Notes: generated from the sequence alone by a model not told the origin. Positions 8,676 through 21,750 are shown, counted from the stretch's first letter. The stretch: 64,000 nucleotides of DNA from Clostridia bacterium (GCA_030637025.1 DAOVVV010000002.1:1-64000); one strand, 5' to 3'. Program-made: numbers and translations.

Positions 8676-9611
8676 TTAAAACTTCACCTGAACAGAAACA
8701 CGGTGAGGAGTAGAAAGATCATCGGTAAGACCTACAGCATAATCAAGACTATAATTCTTCCAGTTTATCCCCAAACCTATATTTATCGATTCGTCTTCCT
8801 TGTCCGCATCATCCAGATTTAAACGATATCCTCCCCTAAGAGAAAATAATTTATTATAAGTATATTCAACTCCAAAAAGAACCAGCATTTCTTCTTCATT
8901 TACATAATAAGGAATATCACAGGATACTAAAAAAGCATTGCTGTTCATTTCTTTACTATAGGATATACCAGGACGTATAGTCAAAGGCAGAGATTCCCCT
9001 TCCTCTAAATAAGTAAGTTCTGTGCCTAAGTTTTGTATGGACAGACCCGTCTGTAACCGACCATTGAATAATTCTTTTTTATACTGCCCTCCTAAATCTA
9101 CCGCAAAAGCCGTAGCACTTTCTCCGAATATTTCCGAGGAAATAACTTTAAGATTTATCCCTACCGGAAACCCTCCGATTTCTTTGGCTCCCCCTATACT
9201 AAAAACCATATCTTTCTGCCCCACCTCACTGATTAAAACACCGTCCGTATTATACATCTCAACTTCACCCGTATCATAATAAAGTACGCTTACGCCTAAT
9301 GTACAAAAGGTAAACTTCTTTCCATATATAAGAGTAGTAAAATTATCCTCTGCTACCCCCTTCTGATACATAAAAGATACTGCCTGCTGTTCTAATGAAG
9401 AAAGACCGGCAGGATTGTAATACAAACTAAAAACCTCTCCGGATAACGAAGCACAGGCCTCTCCCAGCCCGGAGACCTTGGCAGAAACAGGCTGCAGTAA
9501 AGTAACCCCGGCTGACGAACCTACCCCTTTAGCCAAAACCATTGCTTGACTGCTTAAACAAATTAGCCCGATGATTTGGGCAATGACAAAAACTTTTAAA
9601 ATCTTTCGCAT
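8676..9611 (-). CDS. PorV/PorQ (UPF0164)-family outer-membrane beta-barrel protein
   Basis: Signal peptide, SGLGEA, LYYNPAGL, FAVDLG, LRGGY, C-terminal HRVSVQVKF. Confidence 0.8.
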   Translation of the reverse strand: MRKILKVFVIAQIIGLICLSSQAMVLAKGVGSSAGVTLLQPVSAKVSGLGEACASLSGEVFSLYYNPAGLSSLEQQAVSFMYQKGVAEDNFTTLIYGKKFTFCTLGVSVLYYDTGEVEMYNTDGVLISEVGQKDMVFSIGGAKEIGGFPVGINLKVISSEIFGESATAFAVDLGGQYKKELFNGRLQTGLSIQNLGTELTYLEEGESLPLTIRPGISYSKEMNSNAFLVSCDIPYYVNEEEMLVLFGVEYTYNKLFSLRGGYRLNLDDADKEDESINIGLGINWKNYSLDYAVGLTDDLSTPHRVSVQVKF

Positions 9612-9708
9612 CTTTCCCCCTCCTGTCTTATTATTTTACCAGCAATAAATTAACTCAATTCCCGAAAATAAACAGGGTATTTTGAGTAACTATAAAAACT
9701 TTTATTTT

Positions 9709-11202
9709 TCAATCTTTTATATACTCCCGAGCTATCGTACCCCACTCAAGGTCATAAGGAGAATAAGTAAGCTTTTCAAAGTATTGTTTAGCTTCCTGAG
9801 AACGATGTAACCTTTCTTTCAGAATCTTACCCACCGCAAATAATACTTTAGGTAAATAAACACTTTTATTGAATTTTTCAAGAATATGTTGGTACGTCTG
9901 TACTGCTTCTTTCCATCGTTGAGCTTTTTCATAAAAAGAAGCAATTTGAAAGAAAAGAAAATCACTTAATTCTGCTTTTCTGATAACAATTTTTGTCCGA
10001 TCTAAAATTTCATTTATTAAAACTATATCCTCCTTGTCTTCTGCTCTTTTCATTAATTCTATGGCTGTTTGACAAAAGGACAATTGATTATTTTCCCGTT
10101 CATAAACACGCAAGAGGCCTTCCCTCGCTTTTATATGCTCTGGACAAATAGCAATAATTTCGTCAAAAATTCTCCGGGCTTTTTGAAAATCATTCAAAAA
10201 AGAAGCAGAAATACCTTTTTCTACCTTAAGTTCGAGCCTATCCGGAGTCTGTTCAAATACATCTTCCCATCGTTTACCAATACGGAAAGTTCTAATTAAA
10301 ATTCCCCCTCCGACACCGAAAATAAATCCGGCTATATGCGCCCAATACCCTACCTTAGGTGTATATTTAAGAGTCATTAACCCCATAAATAATTGTTGAA
10401 AAAACCATAAGGACACCGCTATCCATGCCGGCATTTCAAACACTCCAAAACGGGGATAAATAGACAAAAGTAAAAAATAAAAAATACGAATTTTTATAAA
10501 AGCATAACGAATAAGAAAAGCACCCATTATTGCTGCCACTGCCCCGGAAGCACCTATCGAAGGTTCCTGATATTGAGGATACAGAGCTCCCTGCACTAAA
10601 ACAGCAACTACCCCACCTAAAAAATACAATGAAAGAAAAATTATTGGGCCCCATCGCTCCTCTATATTACATCCAACTAACCATAAAAAAAACATATTAA
10701 AAAAAATGTGTAATATACCGGCATGTAAAAATTGATAAGTAAAAATATTAGGAAATATCGGTCCTTGCTTAGAAAAGCCATACTTTGAAAATAAAGAATG
10801 GCGATTTTCGGACGATTCTTCTAAAGTCTTTTTTAAAGCTTTATACTGTGGATAATGTAATTTCCATTGGTATTGGGTTTGATAAGAAATCACTATTGCT
10901 TCATTTTGAACAGACAAAAAAATCTCTTCCACTATTGGAGTAGGAAAATCCGGTGATTTTTTTTCATTTTGCAACAATATTCTTGTTGTTTGAGTGATTC
11001 CCGAATGTTCACTGATTAAAATATCTACCAGTTGCTGTCCCTGAAAAGAAAACTGTTCAAAACTTACCCGTTCATTTAAAAACCGTTTTTCTCCCGGCCA
11101 GGTCAAAATAAAAACCAATACATTAAGTATAATCAATCCAACTGTAAAATAAGGAAATTTACTAAGTGTCGTTTTACGGCCAATAGGAAAAAGAATAAAC
11201 AT
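9709..11202 (-). CDS. Rhomboid intramembrane serine protease with C-terminal TPR-like domain
   Basis: FLHAGILHIFFNM, GASG catalytic Ser, AHIAGF catalytic His; helical TPR-like tail. Confidence 0.9.
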   Translation of the reverse strand: MFILFPIGRKTTLSKFPYFTVGLIILNVLVFILTWPGEKRFLNERVSFEQFSFQGQQLVDILISEHSGITQTTRILLQNEKKSPDFPTPIVEEIFLSVQNEAIVISYQTQYQWKLHYPQYKALKKTLEESSENRHSLFSKYGFSKQGPIFPNIFTYQFLHAGILHIFFNMFFLWLVGCNIEERWGPIIFLSLYFLGGVVAVLVQGALYPQYQEPSIGASGAVAAIMGAFLIRYAFIKIRIFYFLLLSIYPRFGVFEMPAWIAVSLWFFQQLFMGLMTLKYTPKVGYWAHIAGFIFGVGGGILIRTFRIGKRWEDVFEQTPDRLELKVEKGISASFLNDFQKARRIFDEIIAICPEHIKAREGLLRVYERENNQLSFCQTAIELMKRAEDKEDIVLINEILDRTKIVIRKAELSDFLFFQIASFYEKAQRWKEAVQTYQHILEKFNKSVYLPKVLFAVGKILKERLHRSQEAKQYFEKLTYSPYDLEWGTIAREYIKD

Positions 11203-11204
11203 AT

Positions 11205-11789
11205 TTATTCCGGTTTATTAAAAACTTCATCGGTTACAGGACCATAACTAATTTCTAAGCATTCCTGACTGTTTTGGGTCACCATCTGGCTTACCTGATG
11301 AGAATAAATTGTTTGAAGAGACTTTAAGGCTATTCCTGTTTTAGCATCTACCCAGACTTGTGAAGTTAATTCTCCATCGGGACGTTTTATTTTAACCTGA
11401 TAAAGTACTGTTTCCTGTCCGGCTATATTTCCTCCCGGCCCGGTTTTTCCCTGATGAATAACAAACCAGAATTTATACGGTTTTATTTTTTCAGGAGAAA
11501 TTTCATTTGTAGTTACAGGAAAACTATATCCATCCAAAGTATTTTTTGTTTTTGAATATAAATATTTCCCATCATAAAACTGAATCCTATTTTCACTTTC
11601 TGTCCGAAACCGCACCCCATCGGTAAAAACATCTACAACAGATTCTTCTTTCACTCCCATTATGCAATTCTCAAAAACCTGCTTCCATTTTCCCTTAAAA
11701 GACACCTCTTTAGGTTTAGAGGTTCCACAAGAAATACATCCCCACAAAACCACCCCAACAATACTAAATGCAATAATTCTTTTTACCAT
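11205..11789 (-). CDS. Hypothetical lipoprotein (possibly LolA/RseB-like beta fold)
   Basis: Signal peptide with LWGC lipobox; IAGQET...VWVDAKTGIALK pattern. Confidence 0.6.
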   Translation of the reverse strand: MVKRIIAFSIVGVVLWGCISCGTSKPKEVSFKGKWKQVFENCIMGVKEESVVDVFTDGVRFRTESENRIQFYDGKYLYSKTKNTLDGYSFPVTTNEISPEKIKPYKFWFVIHQGKTGPGGNIAGQETVLYQVKIKRPDGELTSQVWVDAKTGIALKSLQTIYSHQVSQMVTQNSQECLEISYGPVTDEVFNKPE

Positions 11790-11856
11790 GCTTTCCCCCC
11801 CTTTTTTTATTTAAAGTAATTTTTTTAAACCTATTTTTTTTATATCATATTTTTAT

Positions 11857-12330
11857 TTATAAAGAAAGCATTTTTTTTAATTCTTTTTCAACTAATTTTT
11901 CATGAGTTCCTTTCCAATAAACCTTTTGACAAAAAAGACATAGCGAAAAACTATTTTGAGTCTGATAAACATACTCAGGAACTTTATCCCGGATTTTTTG
12001 CTTATCTATTATAGTTAAAAGCGTATTGCAAATTATACAACGGGAAAAAACTTTACTTTTATCTAATTTTAAATTAAATATTTTAAATACCTGATTTAGT
12101 TGTTCCGATAAAAAATCACTTTTAATAATTATCAGCTTGAGAGCTTTTTTTTTACTCAGGGTTGTATCCCTGCTTAAAATAATCCTTCCTTCTTTAAGAC
12201 TTTGATAAATTAAATCCTTTTTTCCCTTAAACCCGGAAAAAGGGTCACGTCTGAAATATAAACAATCATACCCCATAATACGCAGCCAGCGATTAAGCCG
12301 GCCCAACATAAAATCTACTAAAAATTTCAT
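11857..12330 (-). CDS. Mut7-C RNase domain protein
   Basis: FLVDFMLGRLNRWLRIMGYD, SRC..CN, C..C.KVYWKGTH. Confidence 0.9.
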   Translation of the reverse strand: MKFLVDFMLGRLNRWLRIMGYDCLYFRRDPFSGFKGKKDLIYQSLKEGRIILSRDTTLSKKKALKLIIIKSDFLSEQLNQVFKIFNLKLDKSKVFSRCIICNTLLTIIDKQKIRDKVPEYVYQTQNSFSLCLFCQKVYWKGTHEKLVEKELKKMLSL

Positions 12331-14361
<2,031 letters not shown>

Positions 14362-14367
14362 TTATTC

Positions 14368-14778
14368 TTATTTTTTTATTCTTTGTTCTTTTAGCTTATC
14401 TAATATTCCATTAATAAATTTTCCGGATTCAGAAGTACTATACTTCTTAGCTAACTCTACAGCTTCATTAATAATAACACTTATGGGGGTTTCCGTTAAA
14501 TAAAGAATTTCATAGGCAGCACAACGCAATATATTACGATCAACCACTGCCATTCTTTCTAATTCCCAGTTTTTAGCATATTGACTGATTAAATCATCAA
14601 TATTTGCTATGTTTTTAACGGTTCCCTCCACTAATTGATTAACGAATTTTACTACCTTCCCGGAATGATGTTCTTGCCCCTGTAAAAAATCCCGATTTTC
14701 TTCCTCGTCCAGGTTACAAACATCCATAAAGTATAAAATTTGTAAAGCGTATTCTCTTGCTTTTCTACGCAGACCCAT
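14368..14778 (-). CDS. nusB: Transcription antitermination factor NusB
   Basis: RRKAREYALQ, DRNILR, INEAVELAKKY, FINGILD. Confidence 0.96.
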   Translation of the reverse strand: MGLRRKAREYALQILYFMDVCNLDEEENRDFLQGQEHHSGKVVKFVNQLVEGTVKNIANIDDLISQYAKNWELERMAVVDRNILRCAAYEILYLTETPISVIINEAVELAKKYSTSESGKFINGILDKLKEQRIKK

Positions 14779-14823
14779 AAATTTTACCGTTTTTAATTTT
14801 CTGTTTATATTTTCTAACTGATT

Positions 14824-15300
14824 TTAGCTTTGTTTCTTCATTTTCCTGAATAAATTCACCATTTCCACTGCTGCTAAAGCACTACTTGCTCCTTTATTTC
14901 CCAGCTTAGTCCCTGCTCTCTCAATGGCCTGTTCTAAGGTATCGGCAGTAATTATTCCAAATATTACCGGAATACCGGTTTGCAAGGAAATCTGAGCAAC
15001 CGCTTTGGATACTTCGGTAGCAATATAATTAAAATGCGGGGTTGAACCACGAATAATCGTTCCTAAACAAATTATTGTATCATACTTACCACTCTTTGCC
15101 ATAAAATCCGCTGCATAAGAAATTTCAAAAGAACCAGGCACCCAAACAATATCTATTTTGTCTTCTTCCGCCTCATGACGTATTAAAATATCTTTTGCGG
15201 CATGTAATAATTTTTGAGTAATAAAATCATTAAATCGAGAAACGACAACACCAAAACGAATCCCTTTAGCTATTAATTTACCTTCGTAAACTTTTCCCAT
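14824..15300 (-). CDS. ribH: 6,7-dimethyl-8-ribityllumazine synthase
   Basis: [26 protein letters not shown]. Confidence 0.96.
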   Translation of the reverse strand: MGKVYEGKLIAKGIRFGVVVSRFNDFITQKLLHAAKDILIRHEAEEDKIDIVWVPGSFEISYAADFMAKSGKYDTIICLGTIIRGSTPHFNYIATEVSKAVAQISLQTGIPVIFGIITADTLEQAIERAGTKLGNKGASSALAAVEMVNLFRKMKKQS

Positions 15301-15332
15301 TATTCCTCCTTTTAAAATTAATTTTTATATAC

Positions 15333-15379
15333 GAATTAAACCCGAGACCCTTTGACTCCCTGCAGTCTCTCAGGATCAA
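15333..15379 (+). repeat. Short copy (1 of 4) of the modular palindromic element family
   Basis: GAATTAAACCCGAGACCCTTTGACTCCCTGCAGTCTCTCAGGATCAA aligns with 52245-52291, 54260-54331 and the reverse complement of 57292-57384. Confidence 0.75.
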
Positions 15380-15398
15380 CAGGTTATACACATTTGTA

Positions 15399-16598
15399 TT
15401 AATAGTTTAATAAATGTCCTAATTTTTTCTTCTTTGTTCGTAAATATTTCTTGCTGGATTTCGTAGGACTTATTTGTAAAGAAATCCTTTTTTTTACCTT
15501 TAATCCATAACCTTCTATTCCGGCAATTTTACGGGGATTGTTAGTTAAGAGAAATATTTCCGATAAACCTAAGTCTGCTAAAATCTGTGCACCGATACCA
15601 TAATCCCTTAAATCAGCTTTAAAACCAAGAGCTATATTTGCTTCTACAGTATCTAAACCCCTATCTTGTAATTCATAGGCTTTTAACTTGTTAATTAAAC
15701 CTATTCCCCGGCCTTCCTGCGACATATATAAAATTACTCCCTTTTTCCTGGTAGCAATCATTTTCATTGCTTTGTGTAATTGCTGTCCACAATCACATCT
15801 TAAAGAAAGCAAAGCATCTCCGGTCAAACAGGAAGAATGCACTCGTACTAAAATATTTTTTTTGCCTCTTACATCTCCTTTAACCAAAGCTATATGACAA
15901 AACGAATCCAAAACTGATTTATAAACAAACATTTTAAAATTGCCTACTTTAGTCGGAAATTTAGTAGAAACAACTAACTCTACCATTTTTTCCGTCCGGA
16001 ATCTATATTTAATCAAGTCGGCAATAGTAACAATTTTGAGTTTATGTTTTTGAGCAAAAAGCAATAATTGAGGAAGCCGGGCCATAGTCCCATCTTCATT
16101 CATTATTTCACAAATTACTCCTGCCGGATACAATCCGGCTAATTTAGCAAAATCAACAGCTGCTTCCGTATGACCGGCACGCACTAAAACCCCTCCCTCT
16201 TGATAACGCAAAGGAAATATATGTCCCGGTTTGGCCAAATCATGACTATTGGTTTTGGGTTTAATAATCGTCTTGATGGTAACCGCCCTGTCATAAGCAG
16301 AAATACCGGTAGTAGTTCCTTTTTTTGCATCTACCGAAACACTAAAAGCTGCTTCCCGTAATTCTACTCCATCAGAAACCATAGGGTGAAGCTTTAATAC
16401 ATCTAATCTCTTACCTCTAATAGGTAAGCAAATTAATCCGCAGCCAAAACGAGCCATAAAATTTATAGCCTCAGGGGTAACAAAAGATGCCGCCATAACC
16501 AGGTCTCCCTCATTTTCCCTGTTTTCATCATCAACAACAACAATCATTTTCCCTTTTTTAATCTCTTTTATTGCTTCCGGAATACTACTAAACTTCAT
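15399..16598 (-). CDS. ribBA: Bifunctional DHBP synthase / GTP cyclohydrolase II
   Basis: [34 protein letters not shown]; start moved to MKFSS (AGGAG upstream) from the track's 16637. Confidence 0.96.
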   Translation of the reverse strand: MKFSSIPEAIKEIKKGKMIVVVDDENRENEGDLVMAASFVTPEAINFMARFGCGLICLPIRGKRLDVLKLHPMVSDGVELREAAFSVSVDAKKGTTTGISAYDRAVTIKTIIKPKTNSHDLAKPGHIFPLRYQEGGVLVRAGHTEAAVDFAKLAGLYPAGVICEIMNEDGTMARLPQLLLFAQKHKLKIVTIADLIKYRFRTEKMVELVVSTKFPTKVGNFKMFVYKSVLDSFCHIALVKGDVRGKKNILVRVHSSCLTGDALLSLRCDCGQQLHKAMKMIATRKKGVILYMSQEGRGIGLINKLKAYELQDRGLDTVEANIALGFKADLRDYGIGAQILADLGLSEIFLLTNNPRKIAGIEGYGLKVKKRISLQISPTKSSKKYLRTKKKKLGHLLNY

Positions 16599-16633
16599 CG
16601 TTATACTCCTAAATACACTCTTCAATTCAAAAA

Positions 16634-17281
16634 TCAAACAAAGCCATATTTTTCTAAATAATCCTGGTTTATTTCATTTTTAATTAATCGGGTGTTTTCT
16701 GATTTTTCTATTTGTTCAATATATTTTGCCAGAATATCAGTTTCTATATTCACTTTATCTTCTTCTACTTTAAAATTCAGGGTTGTATGATTGATTGTAT
16801 AAGGAATAAGCGAAACAGAAAAATAATCAATACCATTATCAACTACCGTTAAACTAATTCCATCCACACTAATAGAACCTTTCGGGGCTATATGTTTAAT
16901 AATTCCTGCGGAAACTGAAATTTCTATTATTTTTGCATTTTCCTGTGTTTTAATTTTTCGAATTATTCCTATCCCGTCAATATGCCCGGTTACAATATGA
17001 CCGTTTAAGCGTTCTCCCAAACAAACCGCTCTTTCCAGATTTACTCTGGTTCCTGTTTTCCATTGACCTAAATTAGTTTTTTCTATTGTTTCCGGCATTA
17101 CTTCTAAAACAAGCAGGCAAAAAACCTCAGTAACAGGACTAATCTTAACTACGGTTAAACAAATACCATTTACACTAACACTATCCCCTATTTTCCAACC
17201 TTTTAATTTTGTTTCCAGGGTAACCTGTTTAAGTTCTATACTTTGAATTACCCCTAAATCCTCAACAATACCGGTAAACAT
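16634..17281 (-). CDS. ribE: Riboflavin synthase alpha chain
   Basis: [24 protein letters not shown]. Confidence 0.96.
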   Translation of the reverse strand: MFTGIVEDLGVIQSIELKQVTLETKLKGWKIGDSVSVNGICLTVVKISPVTEVFCLLVLEVMPETIEKTNLGQWKTGTRVNLERAVCLGERLNGHIVTGHIDGIGIIRKIKTQENAKIIEISVSAGIIKHIAPKGSISVDGISLTVVDNGIDYFSVSLIPYTINHTTLNFKVEEDKVNIETDILAKYIEQIEKSENTRLIKNEINQDYLEKYGFV

Positions 17282-17309
17282 TATTAATTTTCTCCTGAAG
17301 AGATTATTT

Positions 17310-18404
17310 TTAAATATATCCTTCTATTAAAATATCTTCATCAAATTTATGTATTTTTATGTCTCTCAGATTAATCGCTGCATCAAGTTTATCTATCCCT
17401 TCTCCTTCTACAGAAGTCAGAGCTCTTCTCCCCCCGATTATCTTAGGTGCCAGAAAAAATAAAACTTTATCTACGATCCCTGCTTTTAAAGCAGCAGCAT
17501 TTATCTCTCCGCCACCTTCTATCATTATACTAAAAACATCCAACATTTCTAATTTTTTTATTAAATCTTTTAAATCGACCTTTTTATCCTTTTCTTTAAC
17601 CGTTAAAACCTGAATTCCTTTATTCTCCAGCTGATAAATTTTTTCCCTGGCAGCATACTTAGTGGTAACAATAATTGTAGGATTATCATTATCAATTACT
17701 TTTGCGTTTAAAGGAATTCTTAAATTACTATCCAGAACAATCCTAACCGGCCTATTTTTTCGTTTACTTTTAATTCTACAGGTTAAAGAAGGATTATCCT
17801 TAATAATCGTATTTATCCCTACCAAAACAGCATCTACCCAACCTCTAATTCGATGAACATATCTGCGCGATTTTTCACCGGTTATCCAACGGGATTCACC
17901 TCCGACAGTGGCAATCTTCCCATCTATACTCTCTGCTGTTTTTAATATTACAAAAGGTTTTTTTGTTTTAACTCTCTTTAAATAAAATTTATTAAGCTTT
18001 TCTGTCTGCTTTTTAAGAATACCTACTTCTACTTCAATTTTGTTTTTTTTTAATTTTTTTGTCCCTTTTCCATTAACTAAAGGATTAGGATCCTTCATTC
18101 CGATTATAACTCTTTTTATACCGGCTTTTATTATTTTATCCGTACAAGCAGGTGTTTTACCAATATAACAACAAGGTTCTAAATTAACATACATTGTAGC
18201 ATTTTTACTTTTTTCTCCTGCATTATTTAAAGCATATACTTCTGCATGCGCACCACCAAAAAAACGATGATAACCTTTACCTACAATCTGATTGCCTTTT
18301 ACAATAAGACATCCTACTAAAGGATTGGGTGCAACTTCTTTCCTTCCCTTTTCAGCTAAAGTTAAAACCTTTTCCATATAATATTCATCATTTTTTTTCT
18401 TCAT
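17310..18404 (-). CDS. ribD: Diaminohydroxyphosphoribosylaminopyrimidine deaminase / reductase
   Basis: PNPLVG, HAE, LEPC..C, DGKIA, EGGG. Confidence 0.96.
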   Translation of the reverse strand: MKKKNDEYYMEKVLTLAEKGRKEVAPNPLVGCLIVKGNQIVGKGYHRFFGGAHAEVYALNNAGEKSKNATMYVNLEPCCYIGKTPACTDKIIKAGIKRVIIGMKDPNPLVNGKGTKKLKKNKIEVEVGILKKQTEKLNKFYLKRVKTKKPFVILKTAESIDGKIATVGGESRWITGEKSRRYVHRIRGWVDAVLVGINTIIKDNPSLTCRIKSKRKNRPVRIVLDSNLRIPLNAKVIDNDNPTIIVTTKYAAREKIYQLENKGIQVLTVKEKDKKVDLKDLIKKLEMLDVFSIMIEGGGEINAAALKAGIVDKVLFFLAPKIIGGRRALTSVEGEGIDKLDAAINLRDIKIHKFDEDILIEGYI

Positions 18405-18468
18405 TTTTTAATTATAATTATAACCCCTTTAAATCTTTATTAGTATTATCTTTCATAAATTTATGCTT

Positions 18469-18498
18469 ACTTTAACATAACTAAAAAGCTCTTGTCAA
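18469..18498 (-). promoter_or_regulatory. Putative sigma70 promoter of the rib operon
   Basis: TTGACA-18 nt-TAAAGT with extended TG. Confidence 0.55.
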
Positions 18499-18557
18499 GA
18501 AAAACCTCCGGTTATTAATATATAAGGCTTAAGCCGTTAAAAAATATCATTTTTCCC

Positions 18558-19325
18558 TTATTTAGGAAATGTCCACAAATAAGCATCTTTAGGCAACCCG
18601 GTTTTTATTGCCGCCTGCCGCAATTGTTGCGCTTCTTTATAAGTTAAATTTGCTCCAATAATCACTGCGTAATACGGATTTTCCCCGTAGGGAGCATAGA
18701 TTTCCGCTGTAAAATCGTTCGGCATTTCAATAATTTGCTCTACTTGTTCTTGTGCATCTTTTAACTTTTTATGAGACCCTATAATCACAAACCACACTTT
18801 TTTAGGACTTGAACCAATCAATCCCCGCCAGAATTGTTGAATCGAGCTTTCTTCCGGCAAAGAGAATGTCTTTACTTTGCTATCCTCTATTGTTTTTTCT
18901 GCTGATTCTTTTATCGATTCTTCTACTGGTTGTTCTATTGGTTGTTCTATTGGTTGTTCTATTGGTTGTTCTATTAATTCTTCTGCCGGTTGAGCATAGG
19001 CCGGAGAAACAAAACTAAACGAAACATGAGCCGTTTTATCCGCCACCTTAGGAACTTCTACATGACCAGCATTAATCATAGCAGTAATTAATGCCGGAGC
19101 CACTATACCCAATTCAAAAATTTTTATCGCACTGTTTTCATTTTTATGCAGAAAAGCAGTAATACCACCCAGATAAAAAAGAACGACTACCCTAATAAAA
19201 TAGCCAATAAAAGCAAGAAAAGTAAGATTGACCAGGAGCACATCTAAATCAACAATTAACAAATTCATTATAACCGGGGTTAATGCCCCCAGGCCACCAA
19301 TCATAATCTTTTTACTGGTCTTCAT
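18558..19325 (-). CDS. Membrane protein with three N-terminal TM helices, acidic IEQP linker and C-terminal SPOR-like domain
   Basis: Hydrophobic N-terminus; WFVIIGSH...YYAVIIG...EAQQL...GLPKDAY resembles SPOR. Confidence 0.65.
   Translation of the reverse strand: MKTSKKIMIGGLGALTPVIMNLLIVDLDVLLVNLTFLAFIGYFIRVVVLFYLGGITAFLHKNENSAIKIFELGIVAPALITAMINAGHVEVPKVADKTAHVSFSFVSPAYAQPAEELIEQPIEQPIEQPIEQPVEESIKESAEKTIEDSKVKTFSLPEESSIQQFWRGLIGSSPKKVWFVIIGSHKKLKDAQEQVEQIIEMPNDFTAEIYAPYGENPYYAVIIGANLTYKEAQQLRQAAIKTGLPKDAYLWTFPK
18927..18974. repeat. Coding 12-bp tandem repeat x4 (IEQP)
   Basis: TGGTTGTTCTAT, four perfect copies. Confidence 0.95.
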
Positions 19326-19359
19326 TTTTTCCTCCAGATATTAAAATTAAATACCATCT

Positions 19360-19764
19360 TCAATCTAGCAAGCGTTTTTCACCGGTGATGGCTTGTAATT
19401 CTCCTATATTTTGAGTCGCTTCCAGACAACCCAAATATTTCCCTTCAGAATCTATTAATGCATAATATTCAATAATAATTTTTTGTTTTTCTCCATTTGG
19501 CCCAAAGGGCAAATCAATCCAAAAACGAGCTTTATCCCTTTTTCCTTCTTTCATTTCACGCAAAATTTCCTCTACTTTGTGTTGACTTTTTTTAGGATGA
19601 CAGTCACGAACATCTTTGCCAAGAACAACAGTGGCTCTTTTAAAAATACGTGTCCCATGTTTATTCCATGCCACTACTTTATCATTTGCATCAAGAACAG
19701 AAAATTCAATAGGTATCCTCTCAATAAATGCTTCTAATAAATCTCTGTTTAATTCTCCAATCAT
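19360..19764 (-). CDS. Stand-alone PAS-domain protein (PAS_10/DUF438 C-terminal-like)
   Basis: IPIEFSVLDANDKV, RIFKR...LGKDVRDCHPKKS, GKYLGCLEATQNI. Confidence 0.85.
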   Translation of the reverse strand: MIGELNRDLLEAFIERIPIEFSVLDANDKVVAWNKHGTRIFKRATVVLGKDVRDCHPKKSQHKVEEILREMKEGKRDKARFWIDLPFGPNGEKQKIIIEYYALIDSEGKYLGCLEATQNIGELQAITGEKRLLD

Positions 19765-19826
19765 TTTTATTCCCTCCGATCTATTTAATTAATTTGAATT
19801 GTTTTTTTCTTTGTATTTGCCTTTTA

Positions 19827-20204
19827 TCTGTTATCTATGGACTATTTTTTCAAACTCCTAAATCCCAAATTCAAACTTCAAAAGACCAACTTCGAAATTG
19901 CAAACATTGTCGCTCAATAAATTGAGCAACTACAAACAAATTTGCCACTCGGTATTTACAGTTTTTTATCTCTTTCTTTTAACTTTATCTTTATTTTGCT
20001 GGAGCAAAGTGACAGTCTCGCCAGTCAGTAAGGCGGATGCCTTGATGCCTTTGTGCCTGTCTTTTATTTTTTGTCTTTTAATTTTTTTCAACTTATAACT
20101 CATAACTAATAACTTATAACTGTCTGTTATCTTTTGTCTATGGACTATCGACTGCTGAAGCAAAGCGGAAGTCCACTCCGCCTAAGGCGGATGGACTATG
20201 GACT
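19827..20204. repeat. Mosaic of short tandem repeats and small palindromic elements (locus B)
   Basis: CTATGGA/CTATCGA units (19835-19845, 20138-20204), TAACTNA x4-5 (20089-20121), CAAATCC-like units (19851-19883), ATGCCTT units, two GCTG.AGCAAAG...AAGGCGGA elements. Confidence 0.85.
19912..19933 (-). repeat. GTAG-type REP-like hairpin
   Basis: GTAGTTGCTCAATTTATTGAGC: GTAG tetramer followed by a GCTCAAT/ATTGAGC stem. Confidence 0.6.
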
Positions 20205-20211
20205 CTTTTTC

Positions 20212-21750
20212 TCACTGCATCCAAAAATTACGGTCTAAACTGCGGTACTGAATTGCTTCGGCAATATGTGTTGATTGAATATTTTCAGATTTTTCTAAAT
20301 CGGCTATAGTGCGTGTCACTTTTAAAATGCGGTCATATGCCCGGGCAGAAAGTCCTAAATGTTCAATAGCTTTTTGCAGAAGGTTTTGTCCCTTTTTATC
20401 AATTAAACAGTATTTTTTAATTTGTTTTGATTGCATATGCGCATTAGAGTAAATATTTTTATAATTTTTAAATCTTTCCCGTTGTATATTTCGAGCATAG
20501 ACTACCCTTTTCCGGATATCCAAAGATTTTTCCCCACATTTTTTATTGGTTAATTCATTATATTTTAACGAAGGAACTTCAACATGAATATCTATCCGGT
20601 CTAACAGGGGACCTGAAATTTTAGTCATATATCTTTGAATTTGAAAAGGAGTACAAGTACATTCCCGATTGAAATCACCGTAAAACCCACAAGGACAGGG
20701 GTTCATCGCTGCTGCCAGCATAAATCTTGCAGGATAGGATAAAGAACCCGCTGCACGACAAACAGTCACTACACCATCTTCCAACGGCTGGCGTAAAACC
20801 TCTAAAGCATTACGATGAAATTCGGGTAATTCATCCAAAAAAAGAACACCGTTATGGGAAAGACTTACTTCTCCCGGCTTAGGATAAGTTCCTCCTCCGA
20901 TAAGAGCAATGTCGGAAATAGTATGATGAGGAGAACGAAATGACCTGGTAGCAATAAGCGCTGATTTATAAGGAATCAATCCCCTTACACTATAAATTTT
21001 AGTTGTTTCTATGGATTCTTGAATACTCATTTCCGGCAAAATAGTAGGAATTCTTTTAGCTAACATTGTTTTTCCTGAACCCGGAGGCCCTATCATCAAA
21101 ATATTATGTCCCCCGGCAGCAGATACTTCCAAAGCTCTTTTAGCATATTCCTGACCTTTTACATCCTCAAAATCCAACTCATACCGGGAATTAGTTTGAA
21201 AAACTTCCGATAGATTCAAACTAAAAGGAGACATATCTATATCTTCGTTTAAAAATTCTACTATTTCTTCTAAATTACCTGCGGGAATTATTTCTATCCC
21301 CTCTACCACCCCTGCTTCTCTCTTATTTGATTCCGGTAAAATAATTCCTTTTAAATTATTTTCTTTAGCCATTAAAGCAGCAGGTAAAATACCCTTCACT
21401 TTTTTTATATTTCCATCCAGAGATAACTCCCCGACAAAAAGATACTTTTTCACAAAAGAAACCTTTATTTGCTCCGTAGCGAAAAGAATTCCGATAGCTA
21501 TTGGTAAATCAAAAGCTGCCCCTTCTTTTTTTATATCAGCAGGAGCCAAATTAACAGTAATTCTTTTTACCGGAAAATTAAAACCGGAATTTTTTATCGC
21601 TGCTACCACTCTATTTTTACTTTCTTTTACTGCCGTATCGGGAAGACCTACAATAGAAAAAGAAGGAAGTCCCGGAGAGATATCAACTTCTACCGTTACT
21701 AAATAACCATCTACACCTAAAACCGCTCCTGATAAAATATTAGAAAACAT
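20212..21750 (-). CDS. comM: YifB/ComM Mg-chelatase-like AAA+ ATPase
   Basis: [37 protein letters not shown]. Confidence 0.93.
   Translation of the reverse strand: MFSNILSGAVLGVDGYLVTVEVDISPGLPSFSIVGLPDTAVKESKNRVVAAIKNSGFNFPVKRITVNLAPADIKKEGAAFDLPIAIGILFATEQIKVSFVKKYLFVGELSLDGNIKKVKGILPAALMAKENNLKGIILPESNKREAGVVEGIEIIPAGNLEEIVEFLNEDIDMSPFSLNLSEVFQTNSRYELDFEDVKGQEYAKRALEVSAAGGHNILMIGPPGSGKTMLAKRIPTILPEMSIQESIETTKIYSVRGLIPYKSALIATRSFRSPHHTISDIALIGGGTYPKPGEVSLSHNGVLFLDELPEFHRNALEVLRQPLEDGVVTVCRAAGSLSYPARFMLAAAMNPCPCGFYGDFNRECTCTPFQIQRYMTKISGPLLDRIDIHVEVPSLKYNELTNKKCGEKSLDIRKRVVYARNIQRERFKNYKNIYSNAHMQSKQIKKYCLIDKKGQNLLQKAIEHLGLSARAYDRILKVTRTIADLEKSENIQSTHIAEAIQYRSLDRNFWMQ

Noticed and set aside
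18405-18557. FMN riboswitch upstream of ribD
   Set aside because: The leader is short and AT-rich with none of the conserved RFN motifs; a promoter lies about 65 bp from the start codon.
19728-20163. Short ORFs 19728-19925, 19898-20098 and 19966-20163
   Set aside because: They are translations of the repeat mosaic, with no RBS or recognisable domain.
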